Source of the DNA: Prorocentrum cordatum
Taxonomy: Eukaryota
NCBI GenBank assembly: GCA_963575745.1
Contig: CAUYUJ010000001.1
Coordinates: 310,001 to 374,000, forward strand
Direction: 5' to 3'
Length of the DNA stretch: 64,000 bases
Shown: one piece after another, positions 38,721 through 51,663 of the stretch
Numbering within the stretch: position 1 is the first letter of the stretch
Layout: every line of letters begins with the position of its first letter
Notes under the pieces: model-generated
The model's database searches: none
The model's input: only the letters and a program-made list of their open reading frames with translations
Told to the model about the DNA's origin: nothing
Made by a program: the position numbers and the translations under genes

Positions 38721-39003
38721 ACCCCACCCCCCACCCTCCTCTGCGCGTGGCTGATGAACTCTGGGGCGCGATCCCCTGGATGCGCGGTCGGGTGAATACG
38801 CGGTCGGGTGGAGCGGCGAAGAAAAATCCGCGGCCCCGGCCCAGGCCCCAGCAGAGCCCAAGAAAGGCTCCCGAGAGAGCCCCAAGAGAGGCTCCAGAGC
38901 GTCAGTGCCGCCGTCGTCGCCGCTGCCGCCGCCACCGCCGCCGCCGTCGTCGCCGTCCCCCTTCAGGGTCGGCGGAACCGGCCGCTGGGCCTCCCCAGTG
39001 TTC

Positions 39004-39402
39004 TTAGGCAGGGCATGCCCCCCTACAAGCGGGCTTTGGACGAAAACTGAGAAATGGCAAGAACATGTTTCAAACGTGCTAGGAGCAGTACGTACACAAA
39101 TCGTCCCCAGACTACCTTCTGACTATTTTTGAACATTCCCCCTGTATTGGGGGGCGGAAAGATACGGATACGTGCTGTCCCCGGACCTCTCTTGGGGTGC
39201 GTTCTGACCAGAATTTCGAGGCGAATCCAGCGGCGACAACGAGGATTCCCCAGGAGGACCAGGAAAGGCCGACAACGAAGGGGGACAACACGTATCCGTA
39301 TCTTTTTCTCCCCCCCCTGTAGAGGGACAGGCCCAGCTCAACCAGATTCGTACGTATCCGTATCTTTTTCTCCCCCGACTGTAGAGGGACAGGCCCAGCT
39401 CA
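39004..39402 (+). mobile_element. MITE family A with a nested second MITE (39149-39317) and a duplicated right end
   Basis: Left TIR at 39004. The insert has TIRs GATACGGATACGTGCTGTCCCC / GGGGACAACACGTATCCGTATC. The right end occurs twice (ending ~39341 and ~39403). Confidence 0.8.
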
Positions 39403-40219
39403 ACCAGATTCGTGCCCGGATCCTCGCCGTCGGGTCTCTGGGGCGCGGTCCCGTGGATGGGCGGCGGGGCACGCGCGCTTCGCCCCCGGGGCCTCTCTGG
39501 AGAGAGCGCCCCGTGCCCGCGGGGTCGCGGCTTGGGCGTGGCTTAGTGGGGGGGTCACAAATGGGGGGGTCAGAAACGGTCCCCTTTCGTGCCCCTTTCG
39601 GGCCCCTCCAGAGCCCCAGGGGGCTCGTTTAGGTACCATTTGGGTACCTTTTCGGACCACACTCGCCGCCCCCCCATTTACGATCCCCCTTATTACGCAA
39701 CGCCCAACGCGGCCCCGGGGGCCCAGCCCCGGGGACAGCCCAGAGTCGAAGCGACCAGTCGCATCGGCGATCGCCAGGAATCGGATCGGCGGAAATCGGC
39801 AGCCGAGTCGGGAGAAGTCGAATCGGCAGAAATCGGCAGGCCAGCCAGTATGCCTCCAAAGCAATCGGGCCGCTGAGAGAAGGAACGCTAAATAAGGAAC
39901 GAAGCCCCTTCTTGGCCCTGTAAGCGCCTCCGTGCCCCAGGAGGGCAAGAGGAACAGCACTGGAAGAACCTAAGGAACATCCAGCCCCTTCCAAAACCAA
40001 ACTGTTCCTTTTTTTCAGCGTCTTGACTGTAAGAAATCGGAGCCCGATGCGGAATCCAAAATCGAATCGAATCGGAATCGGAAGCCGTCGAAATCGAATC
40101 GAATCGAATCGGAGGAATCGACACGAGCCCTGCAGCCCGCGAGGCTGTGGATGCGTCGATACGGGAAAATTTTCCGCCCACGATCTCAGGCCGTGGTGGC
40201 ACAACTCTTGTCCTTACTC

Positions 40220-40375
40220 TTAGGTCGGGCCTGTCCCCCTACAGGGGGATTTTTTAACGAAAAATGGAAAACTAACCAAAACATCTTCCAACAATGAGAA
40301 TGGTGAAACAATCGTCCCGTGACTATTGTTTGACTGTTTTTGCATTTCCCCCCTGTAGAGGGACACCTGACTTAA
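40220..40375 (+). mobile_element. MITE family A with a 15-bp flanking duplication
   Basis: CTCTTGTCCTTACTC at 40205-40219 and 40376-40390. Confidence 0.9.
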
Positions 40376-40532
40376 CTCTTGTCCTTACTCGTGAGGCTCT
40401 GCAAGCGCGCTCGCCCACCCACCCTGCGGTCGGGGGGAGCCGGGACACCTCCCCGAGGGGTGCTACAGCGACGGCAAAGCGTGCCCTCCTGAGGCAGCCT
40501 GGGCCCCAGGGGCAGAACACGGCCCTCATTTG

Positions 40533-40737
40533 GAGGCCTGGAAATGGGCACCAACACCAACTCAGGGGGGTGCCTCCACCAGTGGAAGATTATCCTAGAT
40601 GTCGGTGCTGCTGGAAATACGTTGGTCGCCTTGGAATCCAGAATATTATATACCACCACCACCACCACCGAGCTCGGGATCTTATTCCCTCGGTGGAGGC
40701 ACGCCGCCGATATTGGTGTTGGTGTCAACCTCTAGGT
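40533..40737. mobile_element. Near-palindromic MITE (copy 46731-46929)
   Basis: CACCAACACCAA...TGCCTCCACC ... GGTGGAGGCA...TTGGTGTTGGTG; both copies align over ~200 bp. Confidence 0.8.
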
Positions 40738-41163
40738 CTGCGATGCATGCTGGGCGGGGGGCGAGGAAGGAGAGGGGGGGAAGCGGGGGGGGCAGAATTT
40801 CGGGCTGTGCTCCGCCTCCAGCAGCATCACCACCCCGTCCTCTGAACAGCCAACATATTCACACACATAAGCTTTCGGAGCGCCGTGCGGATGGTGCGGA
40901 TTTCGGCGCCAGGAGGGCCCAATGACGATCTGGGAAATCCACGCGGAGCTCCGACATCTTACATTTACGCAACGTCTTCTTACACGATCCTCGCACTCTG
41001 AGGCACGATCAGGACAACGCCTACAGTCATCCTGCCATCACCAAGAACGCGGAATAAAACAACCGGTAAGCTTTTCTGGCCACGGCGAGCCCTCGGTAGG
41101 TTTCCCGACCTGGATCCGAGGAAGCTCCTCAAAGGAGCAGCCCGAAGCCAGAGCCCATCCTGA

Positions 41164-41339
41164 GTGTCGTTTAACCGATCCCCATCCCCAGCGGCGTGGC
41201 CTGGGCCCCGCTGGCCGATTTACCCCCCTAGATGGGGATACAGGCCGTTCCCTTCGGGCTTCGAGGGGTGTATCCACAACTGGGGGGTAATTTGGTGGGG
41301 TCTCGAAGGGGATGGGGATGGGGATCGGTCAAACGATAC
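41164..41339. mobile_element. MITE-like element with ~25-bp TIR
   Basis: GTGTCGTTTAACCGATCCCCATCCC / GGGATGGGGATCGGTCAAACGATAC (23/25). Confidence 0.65.
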
Positions 41340-41412
41340 CGATGTATGATGGGCAGAGCAGCCCGGCCACCTGCGACGCAGGCCACAGCAAGCTCGGATG
41401 GACGGCAGAGTC

Positions 41413-41512
41413 NNNNNNNNNNNNNNNNNNNNNNNNNNNNNNNNNNNNNNNNNNNNNNNNNNNNNNNNNNNNNNNNNNNNNNNNNNNNNNNNNNNNNNNN
41501 NNNNNNNNNNNN
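41413..41512. other. Assembly gap (100 N)
   Basis: Run of N. Confidence 1.
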
Positions 41513-43132
41513 TCCTCCTCTTCCTCCTCCTCCTCCTCCTTCTCCTCCTCCTCCTCCTCCTCCTCCTTTCCTTTGTGAAACCAGGACACGGACACCCCAT
41601 GGGAGAGAGGCAGACGGGAAGCAATGCTATAGCTGGATGCAGTCAGGCTTGAGCGGAATTCCATGCCGCTAGAAGGAGCGGAAGGGCACTCCGTAGTCGC
41701 AACCTGCAGGCGGGCGTGCTGTGAGTTCAGTGGACAGGGTCTGCAAGCGGGGGAGTTAGAAAGTGCAGGCCTGCTCAGAAGAAGGCGTGAACTAACCTCA
41801 AGAAACCTTTAAGGATCCCGCACCGCACCGTAATCAAATATTTATCGGGGGTTCGCCGAACGATATAATTAGCACCGCGCAAATGGAAGGCATATAGATA
41901 ATTCCCGCGCCCCGGCTCGGGTGGTATCCCAATTGGAATTGAAATAATACGAAGAACCAGCAGACGAACAATCTTGATAATGGTAAAAAAGGCGAAACAT
42001 AATAATAGTTAAGAATGGAAATAATACGAATACCACGGCTAGGAGTAATACATACAATAATACGAATAAAAATGAAAGTAATAAGAACAACACGACAAAT
42101 GATAATACTACTCATCATAATCATACGACTACGAATAAGCATCGAAAACTGAAGGGCTCCACTGCTTCATTCTCCCTGCCTCCTTGTTCTCATTCTCCTC
42201 ATCGTCTTTGACATATACGATTATGATTACCAACCCTATTGAATTATTGGGGGGTCCCGGCCGTCGTGTGGGGTAGTGCATCCGAGGACATCGCCCCCGC
42301 CCCGCACGGAGCGATAGATTAGCACTGCGAACGCGAAGAAAAAAATCTGACCCCTCCACCACCCCGACAATAATCATAGTGATCCTACGAATGACTAGTA
42401 ATCATATTAATACACATAAAATAATAATATGGCTCCACGTAAGAACACTACAATGCGTAATAATACGAATATGAATACGAAGAACAATAATAACACGAAT
42501 AAGGAGAGGACACATAATAATACTACGAATGCGAATCATAACACGATGACTAGTAAGGACACGAATGAAAATAGGAGTAATGATACGAACAATAACACGA
42601 ATAAGAAAACACATGAAAATTTCAGAGCCACACGGAAACCAGTTTTGCGATAATGTCTCAGGCGGTTTGCTTGCTTCGGCGGGCAGACTCGTCTGCGTTC
42701 GAAGCAGGTTGCGAGGTGCCAGGGTAACGCTTCCAGGGTGCTGGATGCGTTATACTGTCGCCGGAGGGGGGGGAGGGGTTTCTTCATTGCTTACTCTGGT
42801 TAGTGCGGGCAACCATGGTGACCATAGAGGTCGCTGGGTGCAAGGGTGGCTTTGAAGGGCCTCTTCGGGCCATCCCTGGGGCCAACGGGGGGCGAGGGGA
42901 GGAGGAGGCGGAGGAGGAGGCGGAGGAGGAGGGCTTCTCAGAAACCCTCCGGCCTTCGGATGAGCCGTCTTTCTTGTAGGAGAGAAAGCTAGCACACTTC
43001 GTAAGGGCGCGAGGGCTTCTGGCAACGTTCTGAGAAGGCCTGCCCCCTTTCACTTCCCCGATCGACTCGCCGCCGAACTGCCGTCGGACTTCGTCCCCTT
43101 GTTTCTGTAGCCGTTTCGGTCGTTCCGGAACT

Positions 43133-43309
43133 TGCGAGGCGGGGATCTATCCATATCCACCGCCTGGGAACCGACGTCCTGGTGCCCCAGCGGGCGGATA
43201 TGGATATACTTCGGCCCCCGGGGGCCCGAACATGTCCATATCCACCGCCTGCCGGGGCTCCGAAAACTGACCCTCCAGGCGGTGGTCGTGTATAAATCCC
43301 CGCCTCGGA
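43133..43309. mobile_element. MITE family B, 5-bp TSD
   Basis: TGCGAGGCGGGGATCTAT ... ATAAATCCCCGCCTCGGA; flanks GAACT / GAGCT; second copy at 50681-50861. Confidence 0.85.
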
Positions 43310-43431
43310 GAGCTGCCGGCATATCGTGGCCACACCGGCCGATCCGCACGAGGGCCGCCTCCTTGTCGCTGTCTGTCCTGGTCGATCCGTCGCCCTGCGT
43401 CGCCGCGTTGCCGACCTGCCCCGAGCTCGTA

Positions 43432-43583
43432 CAGGGCAGGTTTTAATACATAGGATTATTAAACATATAGGATTTTTAGTACATGAATGAATTCATGCAT
43501 GAACTCATCGTTGATTTTAATACTAAATCCCTGCATGTTCAATACATGATCCGCACGCGGAGCATGTATTAAAGACGGCACTG
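43432..43583. mobile_element. AT-rich Tc1/mariner-type MITE (TA-flanked)
   Basis: TA-CAGGGCAGGTTTTAATACAT ... ATGTATTAAAGACGGCACTG-TA. Confidence 0.7.
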
Positions 43584-44124
43584 TAGGGTCAAAGCCTCGC
43601 CACAAGGGCCATCGAGGGGGGGGAGGAACAGGCTCCAATTTGCGCCTCACTTGCGACCGAAAGAGGCCCCCAAGGAGCCCCCCTAAGAGGCCCTTCAAGA
43701 GGCCCCCCCAGAGATCCGCGTGCACTCGAGGGGCCCCTGGCCCAGCACCAAAGGAGGGGTTGGCCGAAAGCCACTAGGTAGGTGAACGTTTTTTTATTCG
43801 GCGTTTCGACATTGGGCGGAAGGCCGGGAGGGGGGGGGGTTCTGGCTCTGGACATCGGCTTAGTGCGACTGTTTGCAACCGTGCGTCCTATGGGGGGAGG
43901 CTCCACCTGTCTGAAACAGGCGCCAAAAACAGCCAAGATCTACTCTATGGGGGGGAGGAAGGGGGTGCGAGGGTCCGCGCCGATCGGAAAACAACGAATA
44001 AAAAATGACGACATAGAGGTAGCGCGGTACTCTGTCTCCGCTCCAGTCTCAGGGTGCTCTTCAGACCGTTCTGGTATGAGCGTCGGCCTACCTTCGTGCG
44101 CTCCTCGGCTCCCTTGCGGTCTTC

Positions 44125-44127
44125 AAT

Positions 44128-44205
<78 letters not shown>

Positions 44206-45392
44206 GATCATCATCATCATCATCCTCATCATCATCATCAACATCATCATCAACATCATCATCATCATCATCATCACCACCAACATCATCAGCAGTAGCA
44301 TCATAAGCATCAGCATCATCATGGTCAGCCTCATGATCATCATCATGATCATCATCATCATCATCATCATCACAATCACCATCATCATAATCATCATCAC
44401 AATCAGCATCCCGCCCATCATCATCATCATCACCATCATCACCATCATCATCATCAGCAGCATCATCATCACCATCACCATCACCATCATCATCATTATC
44501 AGCATCATCACCATCATCATCATCATCATCATCATCATCATTATCACCCTCATCCTCATCCTCATCCTCATCATCCTCCTCCTCATCATCAGCATCCTCA
44601 TCAACATCATCAGCACCATCAGCATCAGCATCACCAGCATCATCATCATCAGCATCATCATCAGCAACAGCATCATCAACAGCAGCATCATCATCATCAC
44701 CAACACCATCATCATCAGCATCATACTCAGCATTATAATCAGCGTCATCATCAGCAGCATCACAAACACCATCATCATCACCATCACCATCACCATCACC
44801 ATCACCATGACAATCACCATCACCATCATCATCCTCCTCATCCGCATCGTCATCCTCATCGTCATCCTCCTCCTGATTGTCATAGCGTCAGCATCAGCAT
44901 CGTCAGCATCATCATAATCATCGTCATCACCACCACCACCCCCAACACCACCACCACCACCATCATCATCAGCATCATCAGCATCATCATCACCATCCTC
45001 ATGCTCATGCTCATCCTCATCCTCATCCTAATCCTCATTCTCATTCTCATCCTCATCCTCATCCTCATCATCCTCATCCTCATCCTCATCCTCATCCTCA
45101 TCATCCTCATCCTCATCCTCATCCTCCTCATCCCCATCCTCCTCCTTCGCCTCCTCCTCCTCCTCCTCATCGTAATCCTCATCGTAATCCTCATCGTCAT
45201 CCTCGTCGTCATCCTCGTCGTCATCCTCCTCATCCTCCTCATCCTCCTCTTCATTCTCCTCCTCCTCATTCTCCCCCTCCTCCTCCTCATCATCACCATC
45301 ACCACCACCACCATCATCACCATCAGCATCATCAGCATCGTCAGCATCAGCTCCAGCATCATCATCACCATCACCATCACCATCACCATCAC

Positions 45393-45427
<35 letters not shown>

Positions 45428-45968
45428 CCAGCAACATCATAATCAGCATCGTCATCATCATCAGCATCATCATCACCACCACCATAACCCTCACAATCAC
45501 AATCACCATCGCCATCATCATCATCATCAGCATCATCCTCATCCTAATCCTCATCCTCATCCTCATCCTCATCATCCTCATCATCCTCATGCTCCTCATG
45601 CTCCTCATGCTCCTCATGCTCCTCATCCTCATCCTCCTCACCCTCCCCATTCGCCTCATCCTCCTCATCCTCCTCCTCAATCTCCTCCTCCTCATTCTCG
45701 TCCTCCTCCTCATCATCATCACCACCACCATCATCATCATCAGCATCATTAGCATCATCATCATCATCATCAGCATCATCATCATCATGATAATCATCAT
45801 CACCAACACCAACGTCATCATCAGCATCATGATCATCATCCGTATCATCATGATCAGCATCATCATCATCATCATCATCAGCTGCGTCAGCATCATCATC
45901 ATAATCCTGATCATCCTCATCATCATCATCATCATCACCATCACCATCACCATCACCATCACCATCAC

Positions 45969-46009
<41 letters not shown>

Positions 46010-46100
46010 GTGTCATCATCATCATCATCATCAGCATCATTATCATCATCACCATCACCATCACCATCACCATCATCATCATCATCATCAGCATCATCAT
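44125..46100. repeat. (ATC)n-based microsatellite, ~2 kb
   Basis: CAT/CAC/CTC/CAG triplet mosaic. Confidence 0.97.
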
Positions 46101-47059
46101 CTCGGATCCCTCGCGGTCTTCCGAAAGCCTCCTGCACCCCATTCAGGGTCGCGGGACGGGCAGGAAGGCATCTCCAGCACGCTCCAAGTTGGGCCTCAGT
46201 TGCGCACATATGCGCGAGGAGCCCCTGCAGACGACTCAACGAGCCCTTCTGGGAGCCAAATGAAGCCGTATTCAGATCTGACTGCATATCCCGGGGATGC
46301 ATGTGGATATACATGTACGTATGCATGATGAGAACATGATGATGCGTAGTAGCGGACATAATCCGATCATAATGGAGCCCCCGTTTATGACGGCCAGCTC
46401 TTTCTCCTTCTTCTCATTCCCAACCCCCCTCTGATCATCATCCTCACATTTCCAACCCTCGCTCTTCCATTCCTGATCTTCCTCGTCTTTCTCTTGTCCC
46501 TCCTCCTCGCTCCCCTTCAAGTGCGGGGGGGCGGCTGGGCTGGCGCCCTTCGCATGCGAAGATGGACGCGCGCTCGGCGTACTGAAACCGCAACAGGGCC
46601 GGCTCGTAGGAGTCCTGAGCGCCGCGCTCTTCAGGAGAGCGGCGAGAAGCGTGAGAAAGGGGAGCAGGAAGGGCAAAAGGGGGACAAAGGAGCGGAACCG
46701 TAAACGGGGAGGGACGCAAACAGGAGGATTGGAGGCTTGGAAAATGACACCAACACCAACACACGGGGTTGCCTCCATCAGGGGAAGATGATCTTAGATT
46801 TCGGTGTTGGTGGTAATCTTTCGGCCGCCTAGGAAGCCAAAATATTACCACTATCACCGAGATTGGGATACTCTACCCTCGGTGGAGGCACAACGCCGAT
46901 ATTGGTATTGGTATCAACTTCTAGGCCTCCGAGAGGAGGAGGAATGCTGTTGGGGTATAGATCGGGCAAAAGGGGGCGAAGAACAACAAGCAGATCTACG
47001 AGGGCAGGAAGATCGACCGCGACTGCTCAGCGTGTCCCCCAGTGGCCCAGCATTAGTCT

Positions 47060-47162
47060 GGGGACGATTTTCATATAATTTTTGGGCATGTGTTGAATCT
47101 GTTATAGGTGTTTGGACTTTTTCGTCCAAAATCCGCCTGTAGGGGGACACGCCCGACCTTAG
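47060..47162 (-). mobile_element. MITE family A, partial copy
   Basis: TTTTCGTCCAAAATCCGCCTGTAGGGGGACACGCCCGACCTTA ending at ~47161. Confidence 0.75.
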
Positions 47163-48142
47163 CCTAGCAGTTTGCAGCGTGCTGGAACGAGGACAGGAAG
47201 ATGAAGAGGAAAGGGGTGGGAAACAGTGCGAGGTGGAGAACGGGGAGGTGCTGGTGAAGCGGGTCCTCTCAACGCCTGGCCCTCCGGGGAAACTTCTTGA
47301 ATAGAGCTTTCCTCTCACACGCCGGGCGCAGTTGAGCAGCGCTGTCGCCCCTGCTGGGCTCAGGCTGCGGGCCCAGACAATGAGGCTGCGAAGACAAACG
47401 GCAGGCATGGGGGGGGGGATGATGGGAGAAGCCAAGAGAATGGCGCCTTGTCTCCCAGCCTGGATTGCTCCTGCTCCCGCTACTGAGATTCATGGCGCTT
47501 ACCAGGCACTGTTGAGGGCTCGCAGGGTCTCGCAAATAGCCACCCCCAAAATAATAGTAATCATAATTATACTAAGGCTAATCCTAATAATCATTCCGCC
47601 GCAACTGCCTCGTTGACAACCATCGAAGAACCGGCCGAATGATGCGTGCTCCAAGGGTTATTGGCTATGGCGTTCGGCCCCGCCTCTTGGCAGCAACTGG
47701 GCTCGGTGTGCATGTACATCAGCACGTACACTTACATACTTCTACAACGCAGTTACACACACGGATCTCTCCAAAAGTTAGGAGCTCAGACGCGATCGTA
47801 CTTGTTGCTTGAGCTGCGCGGTTTCAACGTTTTGACAAACGGATGCTCACCTCAAACTAATCCACGTGTGTTCGACCCAATGGGCAGACACAATTGGTTC
47901 GATGGGACATCTAGAAACCGTGTGCTCTGATAGAAGGCTAATCACGGACCTCAAGTGTATGTGTGTGGGTGTCTGTGTGCGTGTTTGTGTTTCGAAATGT
48001 TTGGCATATGCATTACGCTCGCAGCAGTGCCCTTCCCCGAACAGATGGTTACTCAAGTGCCAAATTGCGTCATTTGCACGCGATGCGTGCACGGTGCTCT
48101 CTATAAGTTGAACGATGCTCAATGCATATACATGTACATATA

Positions 48143-48690
48143 CATGGCCCTGCCGAGGGGGAAAACAGACGACACCGCTCACAGAGCCCAATGATCATTC
48201 ATGTTCTCTCCAGGCTATCCTGAGGATTGGTCGATTCTGCGAGCGTGTTTCAGAAGCCAACTACACAGCATACGCAATGCCGGCACGTGCGAAGCCCAAC
48301 ACGATTTCAGTACAGCCTCGAAACTCGAACAGACCGTCTCGAGAGCAATGTGGCAGGCCCTCGGCAAAGGGTGGCGTGGGCGGGCAAGCCACTACATAGC
48401 AACAACATACAGGGAATGCATTGCAGCGGTGACCTACACTGCTGAAGGCTAATCCAGGTCAGAGACAAATCGTGGCCCTGCCGGGGGAAAAAGGCAGACG
48501 ACACTTCTCACCAGAGCTCAGCGATCATCGATTTTCTCTCCAGCCTATCCTGAGGGTAGGTCGATTCTGCAAGCGTGTTTTAGCCAACTATACAGCACAC
48601 GCAACGCCGGCACGCGCAAAACACAATATAATTTCAGTGCAGCTGCGAAGCTCGAGAAGACCGCCTCTGGATCAAGTTGGCAGGCCCACG
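48143..48690. repeat. Direct duplication (~215 bp, period 328) just 3' of the tyrosine recombinase
   Basis: TGGCCCTGCCG.GGG.AAA.CAGACGACAC...CTATCCTGAGG...GGTCGATTCTGC at 48143 and 48471. Confidence 0.85.
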
Positions 48691-49900
48691 CCCCATATCA
48701 TGGACTGAGAGGTGGTAGACGGTGGGATCATAACAAAAAGGAGCAAGCGAGCCTTCAGCCTCGTGAGCACCGTGGGGAAGGCTTGGAGCAACTGTCGCGG
48801 GACCTTCTCCAGCTGGCGCAGCAGCGTGCCAGCCTTCTCGTAGCGCCTGGCCGAAGACGCGGCCCGCCACGTCCCTCGCGTCTGAATTCCGGGGATGATG
48901 AGGAGGCCTCTGGCACCGTCTACCACAGGCCCCCCGTGGCGAGCGCAGTGAAAAGTGATGTCCAATCTGGTCAAGCGCCAAGGAGTCGACGGCAGCATCG
49001 AAGAACCTCTCATACTCGCGCAACTTCAAGGGGAACAGCGGCTGGTGCGGTCGCCGCTGGTTCCTCAACTTCACCAGCAGCTCCGACACGAAGGCGCGGC
49101 CGACGCTGAAGCTGGCCTGGTCCCCGAAGATCAGCGTCATGCCTTGATCGTTGTTCTTGAACCTCGAGCGTGGCTCGCCCCCCTCCTCCACGCTGAGGGG
49201 AGCGATGGTGGCCGTCGCGCGCGGGTGCGCCCTGCCCACCGCGGCCGCGGCGACGTGGACATCCGCGGCGGTGAGCCTCAGCACGCTGGACGGCCGGAGG
49301 TGCGCGTCGACGCTCGTCATGGGTGCGCCCGCGGCCGCCAGGCCAGCGGGCCCCTGTTGGCCGCGGCCTCCAGCGGGCGGCGGGTCGCAGACCCGCTCGG
49401 GGCCCGTCTGCCTCTGGCCGGCGAGCGCGTCGCCGCGGCTCTGCGGGAGCGTCGCCGGCGCCCGACGCGGGAGCCGCAGGCAGTGGATCGCCCGTGTACG
49501 GCGCAGCGGCCCTGGGCCAGCGCCCTGCCTGTGCAGCAGAGCTCGCCTTAGGTCGGGCATGTCCCCCTACAGGCGGATCTTTGACGAAAGATATCAATCC
49601 CCCAGAAATGCTCAAACATGGTAAAACAAATTCAAAACATCGTCTCCGTACTTTTTTTTTTGGGGGGGGGGGGGAATTTGCCTCGTGTAAAGGGACAGGC
49701 CCGACTTAAAGCTCGCCCGGGTAGTCCACCGTCGCGCTGTCCACCAGGTCGTGGTTGGGCCATCTGGCAGCCGCGTCGCTGGGCCCAGGTCTCGAACCTG
49801 CCGAGCGAATCCTGGCGGCGGCTGACCGCGATCGGCCTGGCGCGGCGCGCCTGCAGGCACGGGCGCGGGAGGCCGGCGGCGCGCCGGCGCCGGCGGGCGC
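48672..49900 (-). pseudogene. DIRS-type tyrosine recombinase (phage integrase family), frameshifted and split by a MITE
   Basis: DAHLRPSSVLRL (catalytic R), FKN, HCARHGG (HxxR), IQTRGTW, RRYEKAG (Y). The N-terminal part DLVDSATVDYPGELCCTG is restored by removing the MITE. Confidence 0.85.
49548..49709 (+). mobile_element. MITE family A, perfect 8-bp TSD
   Basis: AGCTCGCC at 49540-49547 and 49710-49717. Confidence 0.95.
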
Positions 49901-50127
49901 CGAGGACCTCGGGCGAGACGGCACCGGCACCGGCTCGGGGCCCAGACCAGCGGCTGCCCCGCTGCGGGGCCTCAGGCGGCCACGCGGGCGGCGACCCGCG
50001 CGGGCGGCGCGGACCATGCGAAGCCTCGGCGGACCCACCCAACTCCCCGAGTAACCTCACCAAAAACCCCTTGATCAAGCACTTTCTGGGCATCTATAGT
50101 TGTATGTGTATAAATATATATATATGC

Positions 50128-50170
<43 letters not shown>

Positions 50171-50680
50171 GATGTGTGTTAACAAGGCAGATGCTGTTGT
50201 GGGAAGCACAGCCGTATTCACTTCTCTCCCTGGTTGCCCTCTTCCATCCTCCTCCCCCTCACCCCTTCCCCCCCCCCCCCCCCTCCTGCCTCTCGCTCGT
50301 CCTGCTTCCTACTTCCTCCCGAGGAGAAGGAGGAGAGCGACGAGGAGGGTGAGGGGGAGGCGGCCCCGGAAGCGGAGGAGCAGGGGCGGAGGCGGAGGAG
50401 GACCAAAAGGAGGAGGAGGAGGAGGAGGAGGAGGAGGGGGAGGAGGGGGAGGAGGAGGAGGAGGAGGAGGAGGAGGAGGAGGAGCAGGAGGAGGAGGAGG
50501 AGGAGGAGCAGGAGGAGGAGGAGGAGGAGGTGGAGAAGGAGGAGCTCCCCCCCTCCCCGGCCAGACCGCAGCTGGGAGCGCCGCGCTCCTTACTTACCTC
50601 TTGCCTCCCTGGGGGAGCCCCTCTCGCATCGACGACCTCTCGAGACGGTGCCGAAACCGATGGGTGTCGGAGGACCACCA

Positions 50681-50861
50681 TGCGAGGCGGGGATTTATCT
50701 ATATCCACCGCCTGGGAAACGACGTCCTGGTGCCCCAGCGGGCGGTGGATATGGATATAGTTTGGCCCCCGGGGGCCCGAATATATCCATATCCACCGCC
50801 TGCGAGGTCCACAAATATTGATCCTCCAGGCGGTGGTCATGCATAAATTTCCCGCCTCGGA
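50681..50861. mobile_element. MITE family B, perfect 5-bp TSD
   Basis: CACCA at 50676-50680 and 50862-50866. Confidence 0.88.
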
Positions 50862-51162
50862 CACCAGAAGAACAAGCCACTGCACAAGCATTCACTTTCG
50901 GAAGTCCATGCGGGTCTCCTGAACCCGCGCTGGATGGGGGGTCACACGCCGCTCCGAGACATCCGCGTGGATCTCCGAGCGTTTCTTGATGCAGTGTTTC
51001 CCTCTTCGACCGCATGCCACCACCTAGGGCGCGAATGAACGAGGGAGCGATGAATGAGTGGGAGAGGAAAGGTGCCATTCTCGGGCCCCAGAGGCCCCCT
51101 TCTGGGCCCTCAAGGGTCTCTTTTCGGCAGCCCACGCGCTGGCCCCTCACATAGTTCGCCCC

Positions 51163-51624
51163 TGCACGGTTTCCCCCGGGGCCGTAGGCGACCCGAGGAG
51201 GAGGAGGAGGAGGAGGAGGAGGAGGAGGAGGAGGAGGAGGAGGAGGAGGAGGAGGAGGAGGAGGAGAGGGAGGAGGAGGAGGAGGAGAAAAGGAGGAGGA
51301 GGAGGCGGAGGAGGAGGGAGGAGGCGGAGGAGGAGGAGGAGGAGGGAGGCAGGAGGAGGAGGAGGAGGACGGCTCGCACAAGCCCTTCGGAGAAACCCTC
51401 CAATCGCCCCCCCCTTTACGCGTCCTTCGACCCCTTAAAACCTTGACAGACGCAGGTGTGGTGTCTTCAGCGCGCGGCCGACAAAAGTCTCGCCCCCTCT
51501 CTCGCGACCACGTGTCGTCCCGGAGATCCACTGCTCATGGACCCGGGGCCCGATATGCACGGTTTCCCCCGGGGCCGTAGGCGACCCCAGGAGGAGGAGG
51601 AGGAGGAGGAGGAGGAGGAGGAGG

Positions 51625-51663
<39 letters not shown>

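Noticed and set aside
43945..46359. Long poly-Met, poly-Ile and poly-Asp ORFs
   Set aside because: These are translations of the (ATC)n microsatellite.
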